Source: a virus. Taken from it: a stretch of DNA of 64,000 nucleotides. The notes under the pieces were generated by a model. The model searched no databases and had not been told where the DNA came from. It saw only the letters and a program-made list of their open reading frames with translations. The first letter of the stretch is position 1, and every line of letters begins with the position of its first letter. The position numbers were made by a program, and so were the translations under genes. Below are positions 1 through 10,160 of the stretch, piece by piece. The DNA is taken from IMG/VR virus record IMGVR_UViG_3300020204_000008. One strand, written 5' to 3'.

Positions 1-276
1 GCTTATGTGAAGGATCCTACTCCAGGATATTATGGAGCAGTTGCCTGCTATGACTTTTCTTCAATGTATCCAAACATTCAGATTCAATTCAATATTTCTC
101 CAGATACCTATCTTGGTAAGACTGATAAAATCAAACGCGATGGCACTGAGATTCACACTAAGAATAACACATTATTTTCAACTAAGACCGACTCGGTAGC
201 TCGAACCATCCTTACTAGACTTTATGATGAGAGAATCAGAACTCAAGGAGAAATGAAAAAACTAAAAAGCTCATAA
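1..276 (+). CDS. gp43: Family B DNA polymerase, N-terminal gene (gp43A-like), 3' end only; runs off the window start
   Basis: Motif A YDFSSMYPNIQIQFNISPDTY; stops after the first fingers helix (RLYDERIRTQGEMKK) with no motif B or C. Confidence 0.9.
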   Translation, partial: AYVKDPTPGYYGAVACYDFSSMYPNIQIQFNISPDTYLGKTDKIKRDGTEIHTKNNTLFSTKTDSVARTILTRLYDERIRTQGEMKKLKSS

Positions 277-506
277 TGGCAAAACCTATACTTGTAATCG
301 CTTTACCCGAGGATTCAATAACTAAATTACAGCCCGTTAATGAATCCATTGCTCAATTGGAAAAAAAATTGACTGATTATCATGTGATAGCCTATCGAGC
401 CAGTGACATAGAAAAATTGACCTTGAATGTACTAAACGCAGATGAGGCTGACGATCTAGACATTGAAAAACTAAAAGAAGAGATAAATTTTAAAATAACC
501 AAATAA
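276..506 (+). CDS. hypothetical protein
   Basis: 76-aa ORF coupled to the upstream stop (TAATG). Confidence 0.7.
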   Translation: MAKPILVIALPEDSITKLQPVNESIAQLEKKLTDYHVIAYRASDIEKLTLNVLNADEADDLDIEKLKEEINFKITK

Positions 507-507
507 T

Positions 508-840
508 ATGGACACAACACAAGACTTTGTAAACTGGTTAGAGGGGTTTCTGGACGCATGTAAGAATACACCCTCTCCTCAACAAGTAAAAGAGATCAGA
601 AAAAAAATCTCTGCTCTACCTAAATCAAAGGATAGATTTCAAGTAAACCGTGCATCAGGTGAAGTTTATACTCCATTATGGAATTCTAATTCTGGTCCAG
701 TACCAGCTGATCACTTTTCAACGATCACACTGGTTCAACCGGATTCAGATCGTCCAAATAACGGTTCACTTGATGAAGAATTTATTAAAGCAGTTAATAA
801 CAATAAAACTGCCTCAACTATGGAAGAGCTTAACTCTTAA
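508..840 (+). CDS. hypothetical protein (F.NWLEGF N-terminus)
   Basis: 110-aa ORF tightly packed in the operon. Confidence 0.7.
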   Translation: MDTTQDFVNWLEGFLDACKNTPSPQQVKEIRKKISALPKSKDRFQVNRASGEVYTPLWNSNSGPVPADHFSTITLVQPDSDRPNNGSLDEEFIKAVNNNKTASTMEELNS

Positions 841-856
841 AAAAAATCAAGACCAG

Positions 857-1489
857 ATGCAGTTTGATGAAAATAAATTAATCTCCTTAATGGAGAACTT
901 TTCTGGAGCAAAGTTTCAATGGATCAAAACAAATCGACCTGAACTGTTAGGTAAAGTCGTGACTTGTAGAAACATTGAACCTCGCGGAGATCGATTCTTT
1001 GCTCTATTTGATGATGGGTCAAGCGTAGACACCGCTCAGCTTAATACAAGTTTACTTATGATACATGGAGACATGCAACCTTTAAGCAAAGCCGAGGTCG
1101 AATCCATCGCTGGCCCAAGACGACCTTCTCCACAGCCGACCGTTAAACCTAACTCTACCTCAGCTGGACCAGATCCAGCAGATACTCTTGAGCCTCGTCA
1201 TTTTCAACCAGCTCAACCTCAAACTAACATGTTTGAAATGTTTAATTCTGAGGAACGTAAGATTGATCTTCAAGTAACTATGAATTTACCTGAGAAAGAT
1301 TTCTTAAAGATGATGTACAGCAATGCTAAAGACAAGGAAAAGTTTTTAAGTGAGTTATCTGATTATGTTTTTCGAGCGATAAATAAAACTGTAATACAGT
1401 CAGCTATCTCAGACATGGTGGTTCCACCAAAAACTCAGAGAAGCAAATCTGGACCTACTGTAAATATCACCGAGATCCATGAAGAATGA
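857..1489 (+). CDS. hypothetical protein with Pro-rich linker; probable start ATG 857 rather than 650
   Basis: Frame is open from 650 but that part overlaps 508..840; ATG 857 follows an A-rich spacer. Confidence 0.7.
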   Translation: MQFDENKLISLMENFSGAKFQWIKTNRPELLGKVVTCRNIEPRGDRFFALFDDGSSVDTAQLNTSLLMIHGDMQPLSKAEVESIAGPRRPSPQPTVKPNSTSAGPDPADTLEPRHFQPAQPQTNMFEMFNSEERKIDLQVTMNLPEKDFLKMMYSNAKDKEKFLSELSDYVFRAINKTVIQSAISDMVVPPKTQRSKSGPTVNITEIHEE

Positions 1490-2036
1490 TCAGTTTAATC
1501 TAAAAGAAGAATATTCAGACGATAAGTTTAAAATTCTTAGTTTTACCGGAGAAAAGGGAAGCTTTAAAAGAATCTCATCATCAAGGGAAGCAATTTGTTT
1601 GCTTCCTTTTGATGTTAATGAAAACGATCAAATAAAAAATGTATACTTAGCCAAGTATCATGACTATGTGCTAGACGGAGAAAACCATCGATGTATCACT
1701 ACTACTCTTGAACCAGACGAGTTTAATACTTATCATGAATCACTATCTCAGTGTATCGATCAGGAATTAGGATTAAATGATATCAATGTAAACGATATCT
1801 TCTACTTAGGTCAGATTCAACACACCGTGCCCTTTACTAAGACATATAAATGTTATGCAGTTAACTTGACTAATTATAGTGAGGATCCCACAGGGTTTAC
1901 TGCAAAGCTGCTTAATCCTGAATCAAAGCTTCACTCGATAGATAAAGTAAGATTTAGCAGAGTTATGAGAGGAGAAATATGTGATACTTTAACTCTTTCT
2001 TGTTCTATTTTATTACTCTCGTATATCTCTGAATAG
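1479..2036 (+). CDS. Nudix-fold protein with degenerate Nudix box
   Basis: AICLLPF strand, then TTLEPDE..YHESLSQCIDQELGL in place of GxxExxE..RELxEExG; YLG..YKCYAVNL C-terminal strands. Confidence 0.55.
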   Translation: MKNDQFNLKEEYSDDKFKILSFTGEKGSFKRISSSREAICLLPFDVNENDQIKNVYLAKYHDYVLDGENHRCITTTLEPDEFNTYHESLSQCIDQELGLNDINVNDIFYLGQIQHTVPFTKTYKCYAVNLTNYSEDPTGFTAKLLNPESKLHSIDKVRFSRVMRGEICDTLTLSCSILLLSYISE

Positions 2037-2062
2037 AACTTTTGCCCATTCTCTAGTAGAAT
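2036..2062 (+). promoter_or_regulatory. early/middle-type promoter (A)AAC-N17-TAGAAT
   Basis: Same motif and spacing seen before several replication genes. Confidence 0.55.
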
Positions 2063-2081
2063 ATATTAAAACCGATTAATT

Positions 2082-2981
2082 ATGGCAAAGTCAACAAATG
2101 ACGCAATCAACGCTTTTAATAAATTCAATGATCTATTAGAGAAAAAAGTAAAATCCAAAGTCACCCTAATGGGATTTTCCGACATTGATGATTATATTCC
2201 TACCGGTAATTATCTCCTAAATGCTCAGATCTCAGGATCAGTCTTTGGAGGATATCCAAATACCAGAAGCATTGGAATCGCTGGAGATTCTGGAGCAGGC
2301 AAAACGTTTCTTTGTTTAAACGCAGTACGAGAACTTCAAAAGAAAAACTATTTTGTTTTCTATATCGACACTGAGGGTGCAATCGATCGTTCTGACTATA
2401 CTAAATTTGGCGTAGACTTAGAGAAATTAAAATACCTTCGTATGGGTCTAATTAGCGATGTTAAGTTCTTTATCAATGACTTTATTGAAACGATGAGAGA
2501 GAATCCAGGATTAAAAGCTGCTATTTTTGTTGATTCAGTTGGGATGCTTGATACTGATAAGAGCAAGAGAGATATGGATGCCGGTAAAAACGCATCTGAC
2601 ATGGGACTTCGTTCTAAAGAGATGAGATCTCTATTCAAATCATTTACTCTTGAATTATCTAACTTAAAGGTTCCATTCATCTTCACAAACCACACTTACG
2701 CCTGCTTTCCAGGAGAACAGTTAATTATTACTGAAAACGGAACCACTAGAATAATGGATTTAAAAATAGGAGATCTAGTTGATACTTTAGAAGGATTTAA
2801 ACCAGTTGAAAATATTTTTACATATGATAATGCTAATCTTCTAGAAATAGAATTTGAAGATGGGACAATAGTTAAATGCACACCAAATCATAAATTCTTA
2901 GTAAGCGAAGACTGGGAAAATGAAGAATCTTGGGTAGAAGCAATGGATTTAATTGAAGGTTCTGAAATAACCTGTAAATAA
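2082..2981 (+). CDS. uvsX: UvsX/RecA recombinase N-extein fused to split-intein N part (2703..2978)
   Basis: Walker A GDSGAGKT, IDTE, Walker B IFVDS, FTNHTYA; then intein block A CFPGEQLIITENG and block B CTPNHKFL; stop codon. Confidence 0.95.
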   Translation: MAKSTNDAINAFNKFNDLLEKKVKSKVTLMGFSDIDDYIPTGNYLLNAQISGSVFGGYPNTRSIGIAGDSGAGKTFLCLNAVRELQKKNYFVFYIDTEGAIDRSDYTKFGVDLEKLKYLRMGLISDVKFFINDFIETMRENPGLKAAIFVDSVGMLDTDKSKRDMDAGKNASDMGLRSKEMRSLFKSFTLELSNLKVPFIFTNHTYACFPGEQLIITENGTTRIMDLKIGDLVDTLEGFKPVENIFTYDNANLLEIEFEDGTIVKCTPNHKFLVSEDWENEESWVEAMDLIEGSEITCK

Positions 2982-2998
2982 AATAACATTTAAAAGAT

Positions 2999-3694
2999 AT
3001 GAAAAAGTTAAAAGTTAAATCAATTAAGAAAATCGAATCAAGTAAAGTATATGATATTCAAGTAAAAGATGTACATCATTTTGTCTTAGATAACTCAGTA
3101 GTGACTCATAATTCAATGGATCAATATACTCCAAAGGGAATGTCTGGCGGCGGAGGTCCTGAATTTTCTGCCTCAATCATCTTAATGTTGAGTAAAGGTA
3201 CGCTAAGAGACGAGGCAAAGACTACTACTGGAATCATCGTAAGATCCAAGACCAGAAAGAATCGTTTAGCTAAACCAATCGACATTGAATTCCACATCTC
3301 ATTCCATAAAGGTATGAATCAATATGTTGGTCTTGAACAATTCGTAAATTGGGAAAACTGTGGAGTCGGTCGAGGAAATAAACTTACTGAAAAAGAGTTT
3401 TCTAAATTAAAAGCAGATGAGCAATCTCTCTGTTCAGAGTTTGAGGTAGAAGGCGAAAAATTTTATTTTCTACCTAAAAAGCTTGGAAAAAATTACGTCA
3501 TTCGACATAATGGTGACCTAGTACCAATAAAAGAATTTTTCTCAGCTAGATTATTTACACAAGAGGTTCTAATGGAACTTGATGAAAAAATAATTAAACC
3601 GACCTTTAAATTTCCAGAAACTCAAGACGAGATCGATCTATTGGAGACTAGTGAACTTAACGACCTAAATGACGATGATGACTCTACGTTCTGA
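2999..3694 (+). CDS. uvsX: split-intein C part (2999..3112) fused to UvsX/RecA C-extein
   Basis: VYDIQVKDVHHFVLDNSVVTHN|S, then SMDQYTPKGMSGGGGPEFSAS...KTRKNR, the RecA L2 loop and downstream strands. Confidence 0.95.
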   Translation: MKKLKVKSIKKIESSKVYDIQVKDVHHFVLDNSVVTHNSMDQYTPKGMSGGGGPEFSASIILMLSKGTLRDEAKTTTGIIVRSKTRKNRLAKPIDIEFHISFHKGMNQYVGLEQFVNWENCGVGRGNKLTEKEFSKLKADEQSLCSEFEVEGEKFYFLPKKLGKNYVIRHNGDLVPIKEFFSARLFTQEVLMELDEKIIKPTFKFPETQDEIDLLETSELNDLNDDDDSTF

Positions 3695-4010
3695 TCTTCC
3701 AATAAAATACTATTTGAATCTATATAATGAGGAGGGACTAAGCGACGAGTTTACCCTCCTTTTTGAGATCCTACAGTACATAATAAAAGTCGCAAATTCT
3801 AAAGAAAAATCAATTGAACTAAAGACTCTTAAGTTTTCTTCTAAATCCTTAAAATATGTTTTTGGTGACAAAATTAAGGACGAAACCTTTAAAACATTTT
3901 TAGTTAAATCTTTAAAAAGTATGATCGGTGACGAATATCTCATGGCTGAAGGTGACTTCATCTACTTTACAAAAAAAGGATTAACCCATTTTTACTTAAC
4001 GAATGATTGA
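3669..4010 (+). CDS. hypothetical protein (possible winged helix)
   Basis: ORF overlaps both neighbours; ends IYFTKKG, a wHTH-wing-like pattern. Confidence 0.6.
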   Translation: MTMMTLRSDLPIKYYLNLYNEEGLSDEFTLLFEILQYIIKVANSKEKSIELKTLKFSSKSLKYVFGDKIKDETFKTFLVKSLKSMIGDEYLMAEGDFIYFTKKGLTHFYLTND

Positions 4011-5487
4011 TTTTACAGAAAACATTGACTCTCTTGAAAAGATGGTTTGGAATTTTATCTTAAGTTCCGAAAATGACATAAATGACTTGCGTCCATCTAA
4101 TCATGATTCGTTAAGAAGAGAGGAGCTGATCACCATGATGAAGCCCAGTTATTTCAATGAAGACGATCGTCAAGAATCATTTAAAGCGGCAGCTAAGTTT
4201 TTTAAAGAATACGAAAAGATTCCAAATCGAAAGGAACTAAAGAGCTACTTGGAAGTTAGCAATATAAGTCTAAATGACGATGAGTTTGATGAATTGTATG
4301 CAGTTAGCTTAACTGAATACAATTATGACTATCTCTATAAATACGTTAGATCATTTATTCTCTTAAGAAACCTAAACCTAACAGTCTTTGACTTGTTAAC
4401 CTATTTAAAGACTACTCCAATCGATCCAGGGAACATCGATAAGATCTCTGAAAAGATTAGAAACGATATAAGTAATAAGTTAGCACTAAACTTTTCTAGT
4501 GCGGATACTGGCCTAAATTTCTTTAATCCTGAATCTCACATCCAGATCTCTAAGACGGGCAGCCCGACTGGCTTTCCTTTCTTAGATAAGGTACAGGGCG
4601 GTGGCTGGAATTCAAAAGCGCTAGTCGTTTTTCAAGGTCGACCTAAAGTCGGTAAGTCAATGGTTCTTGGAAATATTGCAGCCCGATCATTCTTAACCGG
4701 CAATGCGACCGGTTTAGTGACAGTTGAGTTAGCTGACCGCGCCTATATGAAACGAATCGGCTCAAATATTCTAAATATTAAATCTGAAGATTATTCTAGG
4801 ATCACAGATGAGCGAGCTGCTCAACTGATTCAAAGCAAGATTCAAGAACTTAAGGACTCTGGCCAAACGGTCGGCGAATTAATTGTAAAGGAATTTCCGA
4901 CCGGCGGTGCTACTGCCATTGACATTGAAAACTACTTTGTTCGACTTGAACAAAAAATGAATAAGAAATTTAAAGTGATTGTAGTAGATTACTTAAATCT
5001 CCTAAAACCAATCAATTCTCAAAATGGTCTATACGAAAAGATTAAAGCCATCTCTGAGGAACTTAGAGGAGTGGCAATGAGAAATGAATGGTGTATCGTT
5101 AGTGCAACTCAAATTCGTAGAGAAGATATTGATAACTTTGACCTAGGCATGGATTCAGTTGCTGAATCATTTGGTCTCATTCATACGGTTGACTCTCTAT
5201 TTGGGCTTATGCGAAGTCCGCTTGAGAGTAGAATGAAGATTAAGGTGATTGCTAATCGAGATAACGGCTATGAAGAGAGCTATAAGTTCTATACGATGCA
5301 CAAAGACTATTTTAGGTTATCTGAGGAAGTCGGTCAAAACAGTGAATTCTATAGCGACGATGAGGAAGTAAGCCGAATGGCCGATGAATTGAGATCAGAG
5401 TATTCTGAGATAAATAAAGCATCAGCTGAACCCGTGTCAAGCATTCCAATTGAAGACGATTATGACGCTCTCTTCAATTCAATATAA
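4003..5487 (+). CDS. gp41: DnaB-family replicative helicase (gp41-like)
   Basis: PTGFPFLD..GGW, Walker A GRPKVGKS, KEFPTG, VVDYLNLL, SEELRG, SATQ, AESFG. Confidence 0.95.
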   Translation: MIDFTENIDSLEKMVWNFILSSENDINDLRPSNHDSLRREELITMMKPSYFNEDDRQESFKAAAKFFKEYEKIPNRKELKSYLEVSNISLNDDEFDELYAVSLTEYNYDYLYKYVRSFILLRNLNLTVFDLLTYLKTTPIDPGNIDKISEKIRNDISNKLALNFSSADTGLNFFNPESHIQISKTGSPTGFPFLDKVQGGGWNSKALVVFQGRPKVGKSMVLGNIAARSFLTGNATGLVTVELADRAYMKRIGSNILNIKSEDYSRITDERAAQLIQSKIQELKDSGQTVGELIVKEFPTGGATAIDIENYFVRLEQKMNKKFKVIVVDYLNLLKPINSQNGLYEKIKAISEELRGVAMRNEWCIVSATQIRREDIDNFDLGMDSVAESFGLIHTVDSLFGLMRSPLESRMKIKVIANRDNGYEESYKFYTMHKDYFRLSEEVGQNSEFYSDDEEVSRMADELRSEYSEINKASAEPVSSIPIEDDYDALFNSI

Positions 5488-5501
5488 AATAATGATTATG
5501 A

Positions 5502-6041
5502 ATGAGTCAGGAAGAAATAGAAGAACAGTTCGAAGATCAGGTCAGAGAGGACAAGATCTTCAATAATAGTTACTATAACGGTGATAAATTAAAAGATTCT
5601 GAAGACTATGAGTTTTCAAAAAAGATATCGGTCTCTGCTGATTACTCAGATAACTATCTAAAGGATCTATATGATTATGAGGAACAACTAGATTCAAAGT
5701 TTATATTAGACATGATCTTTGATTTTTTAAAAACCGATGAAGTATTAAGTAAATACGTTACTAACTTGACCAGTGATTCGTCTGTGTCTAAAGTAAAGTT
5801 TTCAAAGGAGGACATTAACCTACTTTTTAATCGAGTTCATGAAAACATAGACCTTGCCAATCAAGGAATAGCTTTTTATAGTCCTATTTATATTCTTGAA
5901 GTGATCTCATCGATTTCTTCGATGGAATATAAAAAGATCTTTGATTCACTGGAAACAGATGTTCAGGAGATCCTGATCCTTGAATTAAATAAGAAGTATA
6001 AGTTTCTAGAAGGAAAAATGAATAAAAAAAGAATACACTAA
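5502..6041 (+). CDS. hypothetical acidic protein
   Basis: 179-aa ORF in the replication operon. Confidence 0.7.
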   Translation: MSQEEIEEQFEDQVREDKIFNNSYYNGDKLKDSEDYEFSKKISVSADYSDNYLKDLYDYEEQLDSKFILDMIFDFLKTDEVLSKYVTNLTSDSSVSKVKFSKEDINLLFNRVHENIDLANQGIAFYSPIYILEVISSISSMEYKKIFDSLETDVQEILILELNKKYKFLEGKMNKKRIH

Positions 6042-6265
6042 TGGTTTGGATTAAATTTTCACACTCCAGTGGAGCAGCTCACATTAATCTTGAGCAAACA
6101 TATTTGATCACTAGAAATAGCTCAACTCAAATACAGTTCACCGACTCTGCCTCAAACAATACGATCTACTCCTTTTCAACATCCGCTGATGCTGATCTTC
6201 TTCTAAAAAAGATAAATCGGGTTGCTAAAATAATAGATATTGACCAGCTAGCTAATCAGGGATGA
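6041..6265 (+). CDS. hypothetical protein
   Basis: Coupled ORF (TAATG start, ATGA end). Confidence 0.65.
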   Translation: MVWIKFSHSSGAAHINLEQTYLITRNSSTQIQFTDSASNNTIYSFSTSADADLLLKKINRVAKIIDIDQLANQG

Positions 6266-7371
6266 AATTAGAAGGAATTAGGAGAATATTTGTCCTAGGA
6301 GATCTCCATTTAGGAGTAAGAAACAATTCAGTAGAGTGGTCAGAAATACAATCTGACTTTTTAATAAAGGAATTCTTAAATAAGATTAACGAAGAAGAAT
6401 TTGATCCTAAGACTGATATACTTGTACAAGTAGGAGATTGGAACCACGTCAGAGAATCAACAAATGTTCGAATATATAAGCTTTCTCTAAAAATAGCCGA
6501 AGAACTCACTAAAAAGTTTAAAAGAGGAGTTTTTGTGATCTTAGGTAATCATGACGTATATTATAAGGACAGAACTGATACTCACTCTTTGGAAGGATTT
6601 AGCAAAATCTATCCAAACTTTCAAGTTTATGAAAAACCTGAGATCCTTACCATTAATTCCCATAAGTTCTTAATGCTTCCTTGGATCGAGAATCTAAATG
6701 AACTTAAGTCTCAAGTAAAGTCTTATGGCTCAGCAAAATATGCTTTTTGTCATGCGGATTTCAAGGGATTTAATTTCAATAAGGTTCAAAAGCTTGAACA
6801 TGGGTTGGAACAAGAGGACATTCAATCATATAAAAGAATATACTCTGGACATATTCATATTCGACAAGAGAAGGGAAACGTTCTCTATGTCGGTACTCCA
6901 TATCAAATGGATCGTGGAGACAGGGGTAATGACAAAGGATTCTATGTGTTAGACGTTAGTGGAGCCGATGTGCAAGAAAAATTCGTGCTCAATACGTTTT
7001 CACCAAAGTACGTAAAGTTTGATGTCACCGATCTCTTGAATCTTACGTCAACTGAGATAACCTCACTATTCCATAATAATTTTGTTGACATCTTACTTGA
7101 GTCTGATTTTTCAAAAAAGTTTCCAATCTCTCAGTTTACAGAATTGGTAAAAAAGTTTGGACATCGTCATCTTGAGTTCGGCTCCTATTCAAAAGAACAG
7201 TTAAAGGAACGTAGTGAGATAGAAATCAATTCAAACTATGAATATAACGTGTTTACGATACTTGATGAAAGAATAAAGAGCATGAATCTGCCTTTTATTC
7301 AAGCCAAGGAGATAACCGACAGATTTAAAGAGATTTATGATTCACTAAGAAATACCAAACAATACGACTAA
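6262..7371 (+). CDS. gp47: Mre11/SbcD-like recombination nuclease
   Basis: GDLHLG, GDW, GNHD, H, SGHIH metallophosphoesterase motifs; adjacent to Rad50-like gene. Confidence 0.93.
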   Translation: MKLEGIRRIFVLGDLHLGVRNNSVEWSEIQSDFLIKEFLNKINEEEFDPKTDILVQVGDWNHVRESTNVRIYKLSLKIAEELTKKFKRGVFVILGNHDVYYKDRTDTHSLEGFSKIYPNFQVYEKPEILTINSHKFLMLPWIENLNELKSQVKSYGSAKYAFCHADFKGFNFNKVQKLEHGLEQEDIQSYKRIYSGHIHIRQEKGNVLYVGTPYQMDRGDRGNDKGFYVLDVSGADVQEKFVLNTFSPKYVKFDVTDLLNLTSTEITSLFHNNFVDILLESDFSKKFPISQFTELVKKFGHRHLEFGSYSKEQLKERSEIEINSNYEYNVFTILDERIKSMNLPFIQAKEITDRFKEIYDSLRNTKQYD

Positions 7372-9041
7372 TGAGACTGACTGAATTTTCATATCGCAAC
7401 ATCTTATCATACGGCAATAAAATACAGACATTTAAGTTTGATGATAATCCAGGACTCATCTTAGTTGAGGGAGAAAACGGTGCCGGTAAATCTTCCATTA
7501 AGGAAGCACTAACCGTTTCAGTATACGGCCGATCAGCTATTCGAAAAATAAAAGACATTCCCAATTGGATCAATCGTAATGCATACACAAACGTAAAGTT
7601 TGTGACTAATTCTGGTGAGCAGATTGAGCTGACTCGAGGAATAGATCCAAACTTTAGCGATATCAAGATAAACGGTGCTCAATTTAACTTGCCCGATAAG
7701 AGAAAAGTAGATGAGTTTATCGAAGACGAATTAGCTAGAATACCTTTTACAGTCTTTTGTAATACCATAAGTCTTTCGTTTGATGATTTTAAATCATTCG
7801 TCAGTCTAAGCAAAGACGATAAGCGAAAAATAGTAGATCGAATATTTGGCATTGACATACTATCTGACATGAGATCCAAAGTTAAAGAACAACTTCGAGA
7901 TAATAAATCAGAAATCGATATAATTTCAGCAACTCTAAAAACTGGTCAAACTAACTTAGACTCGTATGCGACCCAATTAGCTTCTTTAAAGGAAAAATTA
8001 GCTAAAAAGAAGGAAGAGATCACCGATCGACTTATTCTCGATATTGAGAGTAAGAAGAAGGAGGTTGATTCTGCTCTACTTACTAAAAATGAATATCGAG
8101 AAAAGGTTTCAGCAAAGAGTAAAGAGAGCACCGTTGCACAACAGGAATTAGCCAAAACAAAATCAGATATTCGAGACCTTAATACTAAGCTTTTAATCTA
8201 TGCTAAGAATAGGTGTCCTCACTGTTTAAATGATCTAAAATCTGATTCTTCAATTGAGATAAAAGAAAAAATTAAGTCTAAAATCAAGAGTTTAGAAACA
8301 AGCCTAGAAGATCAAAAAAAGGTCGCTGACTCTCTAAACGAAGAATCTACTCTACTCTTACTTGGTCAGAGCGACATTGACTCCAACTATTCTGATCTCA
8401 AAGCAGAATTACAATCTCTTGAAAGAGAACTTAAGTCTGCCCAACAAAATGATGATTCTGATGAAATAGATTCTGTCTCTTCGATAATCAGTAGCCTGAC
8501 TTCTCAAATAGAGCAAGAAGCGATTCAGCTTTCTAAATTAAATGAGACTCGATCCATCTACCTAAGTCTAGACGATCTTCTTTCTGATTCTGGAATAAAA
8601 AGAGACATGATCGATAAAATCATTCCTACTCTAAACGCAAGGATACTTGATATTTCTGAAAAACTAGAATTTAAGTTTTCATTTGAGTTCGATAATGAGT
8701 TTGATCCTCACATCACATACTTAGGCATGCAGATCTCCCCAGAAAGTCTCTCTAGCGGCCAGCGAAAAAAGATGAACTTGATCGTGCTATTGGCTTTTAT
8801 CGAAATAATCAAGATGAAACACAGTACCATAAATGTGATGTTCCTAGATGAGATTTTTAGTTCATTAGATAAAACAAACGTGTATCGTGCCATCTCAATA
8901 TTAAAAGATTATTCTACAAAATATGGCTTGACCATCTTTGTGGTCTCACATGAGGCTCTGCCAGAAGAATTATTTGACAGTAAAGTTCAAGTCTCTCAAA
9001 AGGATCACTTTTCAGAGATGACTATCATCAAATCCTCTTAA
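7371..9041 (+). CDS. gp46: Rad50/SbcC-like ATPase
   Basis: GENGAGKS, coiled coils, CPHC zinc hook, LSSGQ signature, FLDE, VSH. Confidence 0.95.
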   Translation: MRLTEFSYRNILSYGNKIQTFKFDDNPGLILVEGENGAGKSSIKEALTVSVYGRSAIRKIKDIPNWINRNAYTNVKFVTNSGEQIELTRGIDPNFSDIKINGAQFNLPDKRKVDEFIEDELARIPFTVFCNTISLSFDDFKSFVSLSKDDKRKIVDRIFGIDILSDMRSKVKEQLRDNKSEIDIISATLKTGQTNLDSYATQLASLKEKLAKKKEEITDRLILDIESKKKEVDSALLTKNEYREKVSAKSKESTVAQQELAKTKSDIRDLNTKLLIYAKNRCPHCLNDLKSDSSIEIKEKIKSKIKSLETSLEDQKKVADSLNEESTLLLLGQSDIDSNYSDLKAELQSLERELKSAQQNDDSDEIDSVSSIISSLTSQIEQEAIQLSKLNETRSIYLSLDDLLSDSGIKRDMIDKIIPTLNARILDISEKLEFKFSFEFDNEFDPHITYLGMQISPESLSSGQRKKMNLIVLLAFIEIIKMKHSTINVMFLDEIFSSLDKTNVYRAISILKDYSTKYGLTIFVVSHEALPEELFDSKVQVSQKDHFSEMTIIKSS

Positions 9042-9056
9042 AGTTATAAAATATCG

Positions 9057-9083
9057 AAACTTTTTAATCATTACTTGTATAAA
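9057..9083 (+). promoter_or_regulatory. early/middle-type promoter AAAC-N17-TATAAA
   Basis: Recurrent motif, intergenic, about 15 nt upstream of the start. Confidence 0.6.
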
Positions 9084-9098
9084 AATAAAAACTAAGTT

Positions 9099-9968
9099 AT
9101 GGTAATAATTCAATCTGAGACATTTGCAGCAGTCTATGAAGAACTGTTGCATGAATTAATCAATGAACCCGAATATGTGACTCAGCCTCGGGACATGAAG
9201 ATCAATGAGATCTGTGATGTTGCTCTAGTTATCGAAAATCCTCTTTCTTGTCTCTATACTAATGAATTTAGGTCTTCTCAATTCAAGTACATTGCTGCTG
9301 AATTCTTATGGTATTTCATGGGTAGAAACGACGTTGAATATATCTCAAAATTTGCAAAGTTTTGGGAATCCATTAAAAACGATGATGATACAGTAAACTC
9401 ATCATACGGTTACCTTCTCTTTAATAACAAGAATGAGCATGGTGTTACCCAATACCACTGGGCATTAGAATCATTAACACAAGATAAAGATTCACGACAG
9501 GCTGTCCTGCACTTTAATCTGCCCATTCATCAAAGGTCAGGCAATAGGGATTTTGTGTGCACAATGTATGGCATCTTTCAGATTAGAGATAATCGACTTA
9601 ATTTCACTGTAAGCATGCGAAGTAATGACGTCATTCTAGGGCTACCGACAGATATCGCATTTTTTGCAATCTTACAATCGCAGATGCTTAATCATCTTCG
9701 TCACAATGCAGGTTATCCTGAATTGGAATTAGGTACTTATACTCACATCTCTAATTCCTCCCACATCTATGAACGTCATTTTGATATTGCAAAAAAGATG
9801 ATTACTCGTAAATTTGAGTCAGTAGAGATTCCTAAAGTTGACTTAGACTTAATTAATATTAAAGGCACCCCGACTCTAAACCTTAAGTCCCTATTCGATA
9901 GTCAAGACGAATCTGTCGAATTGACTGATCCGTTATATGACTGGATTCTTAAAAACATAAATTTATGA
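9099..9968 (+). CDS. thymidylate synthase family enzyme, probably dCMP (hydroxy)methylase-like
   Basis: DFVCT catalytic Cys, MRSND, LGLPTD (Asp at the specificity site), SSHIYERH. Confidence 0.85.
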   Translation: MVIIQSETFAAVYEELLHELINEPEYVTQPRDMKINEICDVALVIENPLSCLYTNEFRSSQFKYIAAEFLWYFMGRNDVEYISKFAKFWESIKNDDDTVNSSYGYLLFNNKNEHGVTQYHWALESLTQDKDSRQAVLHFNLPIHQRSGNRDFVCTMYGIFQIRDNRLNFTVSMRSNDVILGLPTDIAFFAILQSQMLNHLRHNAGYPELELGTYTHISNSSHIYERHFDIAKKMITRKFESVEIPKVDLDLINIKGTPTLNLKSLFDSQDESVELTDPLYDWILKNINL

Positions 9969-10156
9969 AAAAAACGATACCGCCTATCATCCTAGCTGTA
10001 TTTAAGTTACTTGTAACTGCTCTTGTTTGTTATTTCCTATATGATTGGAATGAATTATCAAAAGTATTCGGTGCACCAATTAATTACAATCAATGGGTAG
10101 CAATAGTTGCGATCGCCAACCTATTCATGCCAGACATGCTTAATAAATCTAGATAA
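9965..10156 (+). CDS. small membrane protein
   Basis: Two hydrophobic segments; ATGA overlap. Confidence 0.6.
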   Translation: MKKTIPPIILAVFKLLVTALVCYFLYDWNELSKVFGAPINYNQWVAIVAIANLFMPDMLNKSR

Positions 10157-10160
10157 CAGG

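Noticed and set aside
650-856. 5' extension of ORF 650..1489
   Set aside because: Overlaps 508..840; ATG 857 is the better start
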